DNA of 63,820 nucleotides, counting the filler, from Octopus bimaculoides (Eukaryota), in the NCBI RefSeq assembly GCF_001194135.2. It is 7 parts of 7 records of this genome, joined end to end, with 100 filler letters (N's around TTAATTAATTAA, not from the genome) between each part and the next. Parts side by side here need not be neighbours in the genome. Positions count along the whole stretch, not along the records: positions 45,313 to 54,402 come from NC_069002.1; positions 54,503 to 61,708 come from NC_068993.1; positions 61,809 to 63,820 come from NW_026378701.1; 4 more parts are not named here. One strand, given 5' to 3'. Position 1 is the stretch's first letter. Every line of letters starts with the position of its first letter. Shown here piece by piece: positions 53,105 to 63,219 of this stretch. The notes under the pieces are model-generated. The model had not been told where the DNA came from. It saw only the letters and a list, made by a program, of their open reading frames with translations, and ran no database searches. Made by a program: the position numbers and the translations under genes.

Positions 53105-53698
53105 TACAGTTCTATATTTAAGAGATGAGGAATTATGTACATTATTTACATTATTTACCGTGCTGCCCCCTCAAAATAAGGGTAGAGGAACATCGCAAAG
53201 CTGTGACACGAGGAGGTATTGATAAATCGGGTATAGCTGATCATGTATGGAAAAATGGAGACCACCTCTTCCTGTGGGATGAAGTTAAAATAATAGACAG
53301 AGAACACCACTGGAAAATATGAAAACTAAAAGAAGCAGCACATATGCTAGGACACAACAACCTCCTAAGCAGACAGAGTGCAGATATGAGCAGCATATGA
53401 GAACTAGTATTAAGGAAGGTTAGGAGAATATTAAATTTATAAGCCCTAAAATTCACTCCATAATTACCCATGGGCATATGGTGTAGTGGTTAAGAGTGCA
53501 GGCTACTAACCCCAAGATTCCGAGTTTGATTCCAGGCAGTGACCTGGATAATAATAATAATAATAATAACATTAAAAAAATACCTTAGGAACGAGAACCC
53601 AAGTTCGAAATTTCCCCAAGAAGGCTAGAGGGTATATCAGCGAAAGCGTTGTGTTAACAAACAAGATGAGGACAAATATCTGTCAAATGTAAATAATG
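53105..53698 (+). mobile_element. Short Penelope-derived element: inverted 5' end, GIY-YIG remnant, tRNA-like segment, (TAA)n, hammerhead remnant; 13-bp TSD
   Basis: TACAATTTGTTGA is duplicated at 53092-53104 and 53699-53711. 17-nt inverted ends at 53136-53152 and 53686-53702. Translation RVEEHRKAV..KSGIADHVW..HLFLWDEVKIIDRE.HWK..KLKEA is a PLE GIY-YIG C-half. Confidence 0.8.
53472..53547 (+). pseudogene. tRNA-like segment inside the Penelope-derived element (not a functional tRNA)
   Basis: A box TGGTGTAGTGG (53479-53489), B-box-like GTTTGATTCC (53524-53533), loop CT-ACT-AA; poor acceptor stem. Confidence 0.55.
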
Positions 53699-54067
53699 TA
53701 CAATTTGTTGAGGCAGATTTTCTATGGCCAGATGCCCTTGCTGTCACCAACCTTCACCTGTTTTCAAGCAAGTGATTACTCCCCTGGTCTAACAGGGGAT
53801 AGACTAGGGGACTTTTATCAAACAATGGACCTAGACATGACCACAAGCCTTTTTATTTGCAAAGAAAGAGTAACATATCAGGATATATTGAGAAGCCTAA
53901 CGTGCTTTTGCAGTTGATTGCGACCATACAGCACTGCCTGTATTTGATAGTGCAGTTCTTATTTTGTTTAGAGTCAATGAACAGACATAATATCATATCA
54001 AATATCATATTCACATTATAAATATTATAAATATAACACTATGTGTGTGTGTATGTGTGTGTGTGTA

Positions 54068-54099
<32 letters not shown>

Positions 54100-54367
54100 T
54101 GTGTGTAGCAGTTTCAAATTTTGGGACAAGGCCAGCAATTTTACATTGGCTCCAGTGTTCAACTGGTACTTATTTTATTGACCTTGAAAGGATGAAAGGC
54201 AAAGTCAACCTCAGAAGAATTTGAACTCAGAATGTAAAGATGGATGAGGAACCTCTAAACATTTTAGCCCTGCTTGCTAATGATTCTGCCAGCTTGCTGC
54301 CTTAATATCTGTCTGTCTGTCTGTCTCTATGTATGTATAAATATATATGTATGTATATATGTATATG

Positions 54368-54402
<35 letters not shown>

Positions 54403-54502
54403 NNNNNNNNNNNNNNNNNNNNNNNNNNNNNNNNNNNNNNNNNNNNTTAATTAATTAANNNNNNNNNNNNNNNNNNNNNNNNNNNNNNNNNNNNNNNNNN
54501 NN

Positions 54503-54560
54503 GTGAGGCATATTTCGAGTGAGGCATATTTCGAGTGAGGCATGTTTCGAGTGAGGCATG
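54503..54560 (+). repeat. 16-bp tandem repeat (GTGAGGCATATTTCGA), about 3.5 copies, at a scaffold edge
   Basis: Direct reading; no spacers; probably a collapsed minisatellite. Confidence 0.9.
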
Positions 54561-54817
54561 TGGTGTAGAAAGTAGAAGAAGGAGCAGAAAAAAAGTGATT
54601 TTAAAATGTAAATGGGAAAGACCTGAAGAAGAGAAAGAAAGAGAGAGAAAACAGATAGACATGGATAAAGAGTCAAATACAAGGATAGAGAATGGAAAAA
54701 GAGAGAATGTGTTGAAGAGGATAGAAAGAACTAGAGAAATACAGGCAGACAGGCAGAAACGTGCATACAGACATATCTGTGTGTGTATGTATGTATGTTT
54801 GTATGCACGTATATATG

Positions 54818-54859
<42 letters not shown>

Positions 54860-54875
54860 TTCAAGCAGGCCGACA

Positions 54876-54911
<36 letters not shown>

Positions 54912-55340
54912 GTGATGGTGTGGAGACAAAGAGAGACAAAGAGAGAGAGTTGGCGGTGCAAAGGAAGAGAACAATAAGAAAGAAAGTATTAAGTAGATAG
55001 AATTGAAGACAGGAGATGCAACTAAAGCCCGGCGGCCCTTAATCTAAATAGTTGGCTAGAAGGGGATAGTTTCACTGAGATGAAAGCCTTAATTTAATCA
55101 ATCAGATTGGCCTCCTCTTCCAGTTCCTACCCCCTCCTCTTCCACATTCTTCATACTTCGACTTCCTCATCTAATTACACCCACTTTGCTCTCAAGATTC
55201 TCTCTCTCTCTCTCACTTTCCCTCTCCCCCTCTTCCTCCTTCTCTCTTCTCTGTCCCCCTCTCTCTCCATGTACATATACATATATATATATATATATAT
55301 ACATATATATATGTATATATATATATATATATACATATCT

Positions 55341-55407
<67 letters not shown>

Positions 55408-55441
55408 AAGAGGGAGAGAGAATATAAATATGTGTGTATGC

Positions 55442-55494
<53 letters not shown>

Positions 55495-55804
55495 AGTGTT
55501 TGTGTATATATATATGTATTCTCACTTTCTCCCTTTCTTTGTAAATATACATATATATATACATACCTATATGTATACATGTCTGCGTGTGTGACGTGTG
55601 CGCGTGCATACATACATACATACATACATACATACATACATACATACATGCATGCATGTATATTTTCACTTTTCCAATTTAAGCGACCAACCCGGTACGA
55701 ATGACTTCATATTTGTTGATTAGCAAGCAATTATTCAACAGGGGTATGATTTTATTTTACCTTCATGGTTGCGGAGGTTGTAGGGAATTGTCTTAAATGA
55801 GATG

Positions 55805-56093
55805 AAAAATAGGTGACACTTATTCAGTAGCCATGATAAAACTCCGAGTTTCCGATGCCCGGGCGGTGTTCCGCTCCGACCATCTCTTCAGTTATCCAGC
55901 GACCGGAGGTTCTATTTCAAAAACCGTTATGGAAACGAAAACAAAGGGAAACAAGCAACTTACCCCGGAAAAAGCAGTGGTATCAGGCGAAAAGATAACT
56001 GGATACAAAGTGAAGCTTGATCTACCCCGACTAGATTATCGGGGTAGTTTATCGGTGTCCCATTGCTGAAAGTACCGGAACATCTAATAACAA
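55805..56093 (+). repeat. 289-bp direct repeat, copy 1
   Basis: Reads identical to 57211-57499 (offset 1406); the ORF track gives an identical 78-aa translation for both. Confidence 0.95.
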
Positions 56094-56421
56094 ATTACTG
56101 GAAAGTATACCATATTTGGCAATGGTAATCCAAGAGAGAGAAAAAGGTGGCTTCTAACTAATTTATCTCCATACAATACAGAATAGAATTGAAATTAAAA
56201 TTAAGATTTAAAATTTACCAGTCACAGCAGGGTTTGTTGACAGAAAGTTGTTATAAGTTTCTGGATTACGAGACGTGGTGGCACAGCCGTTTAGGCGCCG
56301 ACTTTTTGCCATCGCTGTTTCGACTTTGACTTATTTGACATCAGACGTTTTAATGTTGCTCTCCTTGTCTCCTCCGACCTCTCTCTCTCTCTATCTCTCT
56401 CTCTCTCTCTCCCTCTCTCTC

Positions 56422-56492
<71 letters not shown>

Positions 56493-56819
56493 TTATATGT
56501 AATACAATCTAGTTATAGTTGTATTGTATGTCATGGTGCATGGCTCAACGGTTAGAGTATTCGATGTGTTGTATCTTTGGCAAAAATGAGTAGTATCTGT
56601 ATTCAAAAGAGCCAACCTTATCACATTCTGTATCTCCCCGAGAATCTCCCCGAGAACAACGTTCAGAGTGCGCATGCCTGTAGACTGCTCAACCACTAAC
56701 ATATTAATTTCACGAGCAAGTTACTCCGTCGTTCGGATCGACCGGAACTTTCGTCGCCGTAACCGATGAAGTGACAGTTCAAGTATATTTTTAAGTATGC
56801 GTAATGTCTCTTTACCCCC

Positions 56820-56850
<31 letters not shown>

Positions 56851-57210
56851 CCTCTGTGCTCGTGGGTGTGTTTGCTTCCAGTGCCAAAACGTACTGTCTC
56901 CAAAACAGGTTGAATGTGCAGTCAGCCGAACCAAATCGTTACTGGCCATAAAGGACAATAATCATCTCATTCTGAAGTTTTCTTACTATCTTTCCAGATG
57001 CTGTTCGAGTGACTCTATGGTACCTTCTGGTGATACGCTGTTGTACCTGTAAGTATACATCCCGACTGAAATCGTAGTTGTCTTGTGAGGAAATTCTATA
57101 AATTGCCGGCTGATCTCTGAAGTGTGTAGATATCTCTGCTGTTTGTTTTTGTGAAACGACGTAATTAGAGAGCATAATATATTTCTGATATAATATATAT
57201 ATATATCTGT

Positions 57211-57499
57211 AAAAATAGGTGACACTTATTCAGTAGCCATGATAAAACTCCGAGTTTCCGATGCCCGGGCGGTGTTCCGCTCCGACCATCTCTTCAGTTA
57301 TCCAGCGACCGGAGGTTCTATTTCAAAAACCGTTATGGAAACGAAAACAAAGGGAAACAAGCAACTTACCCCGGAAAAAGCAGTGGTATCAGGCGAAAAG
57401 ATAACTGGATACAAAGTGAAGCTTGATCTACCCCGACTAGATTATCGGGGTAGTTTATCGGTGTCCCATTGCTGAAAGTACCGGAACATCTAATAACAA
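57211..57499 (+). repeat. 289-bp direct repeat, copy 2
   Basis: Reads identical to 55805-56093. Confidence 0.95.
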
Positions 57500-58158
57500 C
57501 AGAAAACATCACTCATGGGTGCCACAGGGACGTCACAAAAAGATAATCTTAACCAGAAACCGGCAGCGAAAAGTGCACGCTAAAATAAGTGCCGCACCTT
57601 CAAAATATATACTGGGGTCGATTCATTTGAAGCCGTGCTCCAGCATGGCCGCAGTAGTAATGATCGAAACAAGTAAAAGATAAAACACATTTATTAGAAA
57701 GAGGTGTGAATGGATATGCAAATTTCTTGTAACGAAGCGTGAGATTGAAAATTATGAGTCAATAAATGGCAAAACTCTTTCAAGGGAAGTAACTCGGGAA
57801 ATTAGTTCAAGAGTTATGTATCTTGACAAAATATATTATTTTGTATAAACAGTTTTATGTGATACATCAAGTAAAATCTCTCTTCATCAGCTCGTGTTTC
57901 TTCTCTTTCTCCTTTCCTTACCATCTCATTCTTTGTCAATATATAAAATATATAAGGTTACTCTCTCTCTTTTACTCTTTTACCTGTTTCAGTCATTTGA
58001 CATACATACATACATACATACAAGACCAAAATTACGACAATGGTTTTCATATGTAAGGGAGGCAACTCTAGAATGACCTTTCTATTTTTGAAGATTAGCG
58101 TCGTATATTAAAATTTTTACAATCATTCTTGTGTGTGTGTGTGTGTGTGTGTTTATGC

Positions 58159-58197
<39 letters not shown>

Positions 58198-58740
58198 TGT
58201 GTGTGAGTGTGTGTGTGTGAGTGTGTGTGTGTGAGTGTGTGTGTATGAGTGTGTGTGTGTGAGTGTGTGTGTGTGTGTGTATAAGTGCAGATGAGTACAC
58301 GTGTTTGCATGAAAGAGTGTATGCAAATATATATATATAGACAAGTATATAAATATATATCTACATGCATATACGGATATGCGCAAAAATACATATAACG
58401 TATACATATGTACGGATGTGTTAGTGTGTTAGTGGCTGTGTTGATGTGTGTGTATGTGTGTGTGTGTGTATGTGTGTGTGTGGTATTGTGGCAGGAATGG
58501 GAAACTAATATACCGATAAAAGAGGAAGAAGCGGAATTCATTAAAGCAATGACTAGGATAGCTGAAAAGATAAAAATCAAATGGACAAGGTGCATTCTTG
58601 TAGGCTTGAGACTTTTGAGGAAAGACATTTATTTATTTCAAAGAATTACAAAACTCTAATCCCCTTCCAAATAGGATAATCCTCTATCAGTTCTCCATTA
58701 ATCATAGCGGATTAATGATGCACGGAATATATAAATCATT

Positions 58741-58746
58741 TTTATT
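58741..58746 (-). promoter_or_regulatory. Candidate polyadenylation signal (AATAAA) of the DUF4773-like gene
   Basis: AATAAA on the minus strand about 140 nt after the stop codon. Confidence 0.5.
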
Positions 58747-58886
58747 TTTTTGACTCATTCCAATTTTTCCATGAAATTTTCTTCGTCATAAGTCAGTCCT
58801 TCGACCTTCGAGAAATTTTTGTTTCAATCTTCTCATAAAAGCGTGAATAGTGGACTCGGTTCGTTTTGTTATTGATGGTTTTCTAT

Positions 58887-59059
58887 TCAGAATTTTTTGC
58901 TAAAACAACCCAGAGATTCGTTCCGTACAATCCTAAATACTTTGTATTTGAGACTGAAACACGCGTTGGCGAAATGATCTGTGATGCTTTTCACGGAGAC
59001 TGTTAACCAGTATTTTAGGGGCCCAAAAGGAAAATAGAAGGTCTTAGTTCCAGCGCCGT
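58887..59059 (-). CDS. Terminal coding exon 4 of the DUF4773-like gene (HGAGTKTFYFPFGPLKYWLTVSVKSITDHFANACFSLKYKVFRIVRNESLGCFSKKF*)
   Basis: Acceptor aacttctattttcttgcag|; open to TGA. The AC-x-x-L and LGCF motifs match my recollection of the DUF4773 C-terminus. Total CDS is 552 nt = 183 aa + stop. Confidence 0.8.
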
Positions 59060-59404
59060 CTGCAAGAAAATAGAAGTTAACATTTAGGAATTAGAGAAAC
59101 AAGAAATATTTCAATATATTCAGCCACCGTCGTCGTCGTCGTCGTCATTGTTGCTGTTACCGCTGATGATGATGATGATGATGATGAGGATGGCCGAGTG
59201 GTTTCGAGCCCTCATATTTCAGGGCAAGTGCACGTGCACGGACGACACTTTCGTTTCCCGTGTCGAGAAAAAAATAATAATTAAAAAGAAAAACACCGTG
59301 GATCATTTTAACCGTCTCCACTCTTATCTTTTATCATCAACGAATTTCTACTAAACAGCAAATAATATAAAAATAAAATCAGTTAGTAATGCGCTGGTAC
59401 TTAC

Positions 59405-59488
59405 GGATTTTTTCCGAAAAAATTGTGAAAAGATAAAGTCTTATCTGTATTGCAATTTCACCACTGCTTAGCTTAATGCGTAAACACA
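59405..59488 (-). CDS. Coding exon 3 of the DUF4773-like gene (LCLRIKLSSGEIAIQIRLYLFTIFSEKI)
   Basis: Acceptor tttttatttctacttttag|; 84 nt open in phase 1-1; donor |gtaagt. Confidence 0.8.
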
Positions 59489-59518
59489 CTAAAAGTAGAA
59501 ATAAAAATGTATTTATGA

Positions 59519-59583
<65 letters not shown>

Positions 59584-59643
59584 TAATAATAGTGATAATG
59601 ATAATGATAATAATAATACAAAGCAAAAGTCAAACATGTAATG

Positions 59644-59690
<47 letters not shown>

Positions 59691-60590
59691 GTATCAATAC
59701 CAGCAGATGACAACGTTTCCCTAAAAGAAATGGAAAAACTTTCAAAATACAAAGACCTGGAAATAGAGGTAACTCGAAAGTGGAATCTAAAAACAGAAAC
59801 AATTCCTATCATAGTAGGTGCCTTAGGTATAATAAAAAAATATTCAGACAAATACATAACAAAAACACCAGGACTTACAAATATATATAACATACAGAAA
59901 ATTGCACTACTGGGCACTGCACACATCCTACGCAAAAAAAACTTTCAATACAGTAACCATAAGAGCATCACAGCAAACCATAGCACATACNNNNNNNNNN
60001 NNNNNNNNNNNNNNNNNNNNNNNNNNNNNNNNNNNNNNNNNNNNNNNNNNNNNNNNNNNNNNNNNNNNNNNNNNNNNNNNNNNNNNNNNNNNNNNNNNNN
60101 NNNNNNNNNNNNNNNNNNNNNNNNNNNNNNNNNNNNNNNNNNNNNNNNNNNNNNNNNNNNNNNNNNNNNNNNNNNNNNNNNNNNNNNNNNNNNNNNNNNN
60201 NNNNNNNNNNNNNNNNNNNNNNNNNNNNNNNNNNNNNNNNNNNNNNNNNNNNNNNNNNNNNNNNNNNNNNNNNNNNNNNNNNNNNNNNNNNNNNNNNNNN
60301 NNNNNNNNNNNNNNNNNNNNNNNNNNNNNNNNNNNNNNNNNNNNNNNNNNNNNNNNNNNNNNNNNNNNNNNNNNNNNNNNNNNNNNNNNNNNNNNNNNNN
60401 NNNNNNNNNNNNNNNNNNNNNNNNNNNNNNNNNNNNNNNNNNNNNNNNNNNNNNNNNNNNNNNNNNACACAAAACACTTTCAATACAGTAACCATAAAAG
60501 CATCACAGCAAACCACGGCACATACCCAAGGCACACAGAGCTGCGCTCGGTAGTGAAGTCAAAGCACGTTATAAAAATAAAACTATTGAA
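59691..60590 (+). mobile_element. 5'-truncated R4/Dong-clade element in intron 2 of the DUF4773-like gene (antisense to the gene)
   Basis: SIPADDNVSLKEMEKLSKYKDLEIEV..PIIVGALG..IQKIALLGTAHILRK; (AAT)n on both sides; contains an N gap. Confidence 0.85.
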
Positions 60591-60607
60591 CAATAATAAT
60601 AATAATA

Positions 60608-60655
<48 letters not shown>

Positions 60656-60964
60656 CAAAGCAAAATTCAAACATAATAATAATAACGATATGTTGACAAT
60701 AATATAATGTTGATAATAATAGTAATATAATGTTGGCATTGCACAGAATGCACCACACTAAGGCAGATATAGAACGACTTTAGCTGCAAAGAAAAGGGGG
60801 AGACCGTGGACCAACCCAATTTATATTCCAGAAGTCTATTATTTTCTAACCATTGTTTCACTTCTATATCGTTCTGAGTCTGCCACAAATCTGTTTTTTA
60901 GAAGACAAATAACGTAGCGTTCATTTTGGAGGGAAAACACTAAGGAAAGTTAACTCATACTTAC

Positions 60965-61165
60965 AACGAGGAGCCCTAGTCAGCTTGGCGCAGCATCTTC
61001 CGGAAGCTCCTTTCCACGAACATTCCAAAGCTTGTACTTTTTGAATATCGCCTGTCTTGGGAAAATTTAAAGGTCCGATATCTGCTACGTAATTGTCGAA
61101 CATTCGATCAACGTCAAGCTTTTTTATCACGTCCTTCAAAATGGCTCTGAAATCTACGATGTCTT
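60965..61165 (-). CDS. Coding exon 2 of the DUF4773-like gene (EDIVDFRAILKDVIKK...LECSWKGASGRCCAKLTRAPR)
   Basis: Acceptor atttatttcattcacag|; 201 nt open in phase 1-1; donor |gtaagt; joins exon 1 in frame. Confidence 0.85.
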
Positions 61166-61524
61166 CTGTGAATGAAATAAATGAGAAGAATGCTTTAATT
61201 AAGAGGTCATATTATTAAGACGGCAGACAGGTGTAATAAGGTTTTATTCTTCTAGGAATACCAGATAAGCCATCTTTACCTGGATACAACTTACCCAACA
61301 AGAACTCCCTACTGGAATGGACCATGATACCACAGAACCTGACTTTAAAACTATTTAGATAATCATTCAGGTGGCGCTATTAAGTTAGACATGGCCCGGA
61401 CCTATCTTTGGTCGAAAGATATCTAAGTTTTATCTAAGTTTATAGAAGTTGGTGACTTGGGAGCACCGACGATGAGGCGTGAACGCCTTTGCTCACATCC
61501 TAAGTTGATGTAGAAAGATCTTAC

Positions 61525-61618
61525 CTTCATTAATCTGTGGTTCAATATCCGTAACAGTACATGCTCCCAGGGAGAAAATTAGCGCCAAGTAACAGACTGT
61601 ATAAACTATCTTCATCAT
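61525..61618 (-). CDS. Coding exon 1 of a secreted DUF4773-like protein (signal peptide MMKIVYTVCYLALIFSLGAC-TVTDIEPQINE)
   Basis: ATG in context aacaccATG; 31 codons + 1 nt; hydrophobic signal-peptide-like N-terminus; donor GAAG|gtaaga. An upstream acceptor (ctctctctttag|, exon start 61661) implies a further non-coding exon outside this scaffold. Confidence 0.8.
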
Positions 61619-62525
61619 GGTGTTGATTTGTTTTACGTAAAATTGGACTCAGTTCCAGTCGCTAAAGAGAGAGAATAAGGGATGGATTCGAATAAGCCTT
61701 TATCTGCANNNNNNNNNNNNNNNNNNNNNNNNNNNNNNNNNNNNNNNNNNNNTTAATTAATTAANNNNNNNNNNNNNNNNNNNNNNNNNNNNNNNNNNNN
61801 NNNNNNNNAAGGTAGCGGCAAAACAAAAGGGAGCCGGTTGATTAGGTACCGGGCTTATATTTGAAAACGAATATTCGGGCCTATCTAGTCGACGTTACCA
61901 TTAAAAGGGCGGTGCTCCAGCATAGCCACAGTTCAATGAGTGAAACAAGTAAAAGATATATGTATATCAGTACATACGAATATATATACATACACGCATA
62001 CATATATATTTTCTCTCTCTCTATACACACACACACACACATATATATGTAATAATTAATTATATATTATTTTTTACAATAATAATTTAGGCTCCAATTA
62101 AAGAGATTTAATCTAAACAACTGACTGAAAAAAAGACAGCCCGAACCATTGGGAATTGAACACAACATTAGTACGTACTTGGCTCCGTACGCGTTCATCT
62201 CAGCCACTTAACCTACCCATCAATTTGTGCCAAATTTGATGTATAGATATTTTATATGTATATAAATTAACATGTATGGAAATTTGAAATGATTTTCTCA
62301 CCAGCTGGTGTTTTAAATTTGAAATTCAAACAGCTCATTATCTTTACAGATAAAAAAAATGCTGACATAAATTAATGAACGAATTTAGGTTCAAATATTA
62401 CAATTTACAAAAATTATGTAATGGATAAATATTCAACAGATTTTAAATGTTTGAACAAGCACTTTCTTTCATGTAGACTGGCAGAGACAAAAACACCCAC
62501 AATTAAATTTTAATTACTTGTCTGT

Positions 62526-62559
<34 letters not shown>

Positions 62560-63170
62560 TGTATGTATGTATGTATGTATGTATCTATCTATCTATCTAT
62601 CTATCTATCTCTACATATATGTATACACTTTTACTCTTTTACTTGTTTCAGTCATTTGACTGCGGCCATGTAAGCGTGGCACCTTCGACACATATCTTCT
62701 ACTATAGCCTCGGGCCAACCGAAAACCGTGTGAGTGGATTTAGTAGGCGGAAACTGAAAGAAGCCCGTCGTGTATATATGTATATATATGTATCTGTGTG
62801 TTTGTTATTTGTGTTTGTCCCTCCACCCTCGTTTGACAACCGATGATCGTGTGTTCACGTCCCCGTCATTTAACGGTTCGGCAGATGATACCGATAGAAT
62901 AAGTACTAGGCTTACAAAGAATAAGTAGTAGGCTTACAAAAACCTAGAGTCGATTTTTTCGACTAAATGTGGTGCTTCAGCAGGGAGTCAACCAGACCCA
63001 AATGATACAGGTAATACCGAGTAAGTGGTGTATACCGACTAGTTTTGTCCCAGATGTGGTTGCAACATGAATGGGGAATATAACGTGGGTCGTGTATTAG
63101 CGTGTGTATATATAAAAAGAGTGAGATAAAGAGACCAATGGATTAAATAAATTTATATTTTATGTAGAAT

Positions 63171-63219
63171 GTCTTACAGCTGTTTCAGGGAATATTCGAT
63201 GTATCCCTTCATCGGGGAC
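63171..63219 (-). ncRNA. Type I hammerhead-like motif, slightly degenerate
   Basis: Minus strand reads GTC-C-CCGATGA-AGGGA-N12-TCCCT-GAAAC-AGCT-GTA-A-GAC; palindromic ACAGCTGT stem III; GTC/GAC stem I; U4 replaced by C. Confidence 0.6.

Noticed and set aside
54503-54560. 16-bp repeat as a CRISPR or operator array
   Set aside because: Units are contiguous with no spacers.
6241-56312. In-frame join of the 56312 ATG exon to a 32-nt exon at 6241-6272
   Set aside because: It crosses five artificial spacers.
60816-60890. SAM-domain-like peptide (EVKQWLENNRLLEY)
   Set aside because: Too short, not continued by the next exon, and SAM domains are cytosolic while the host protein is secreted. Kept only as a cassette-exon candidate.
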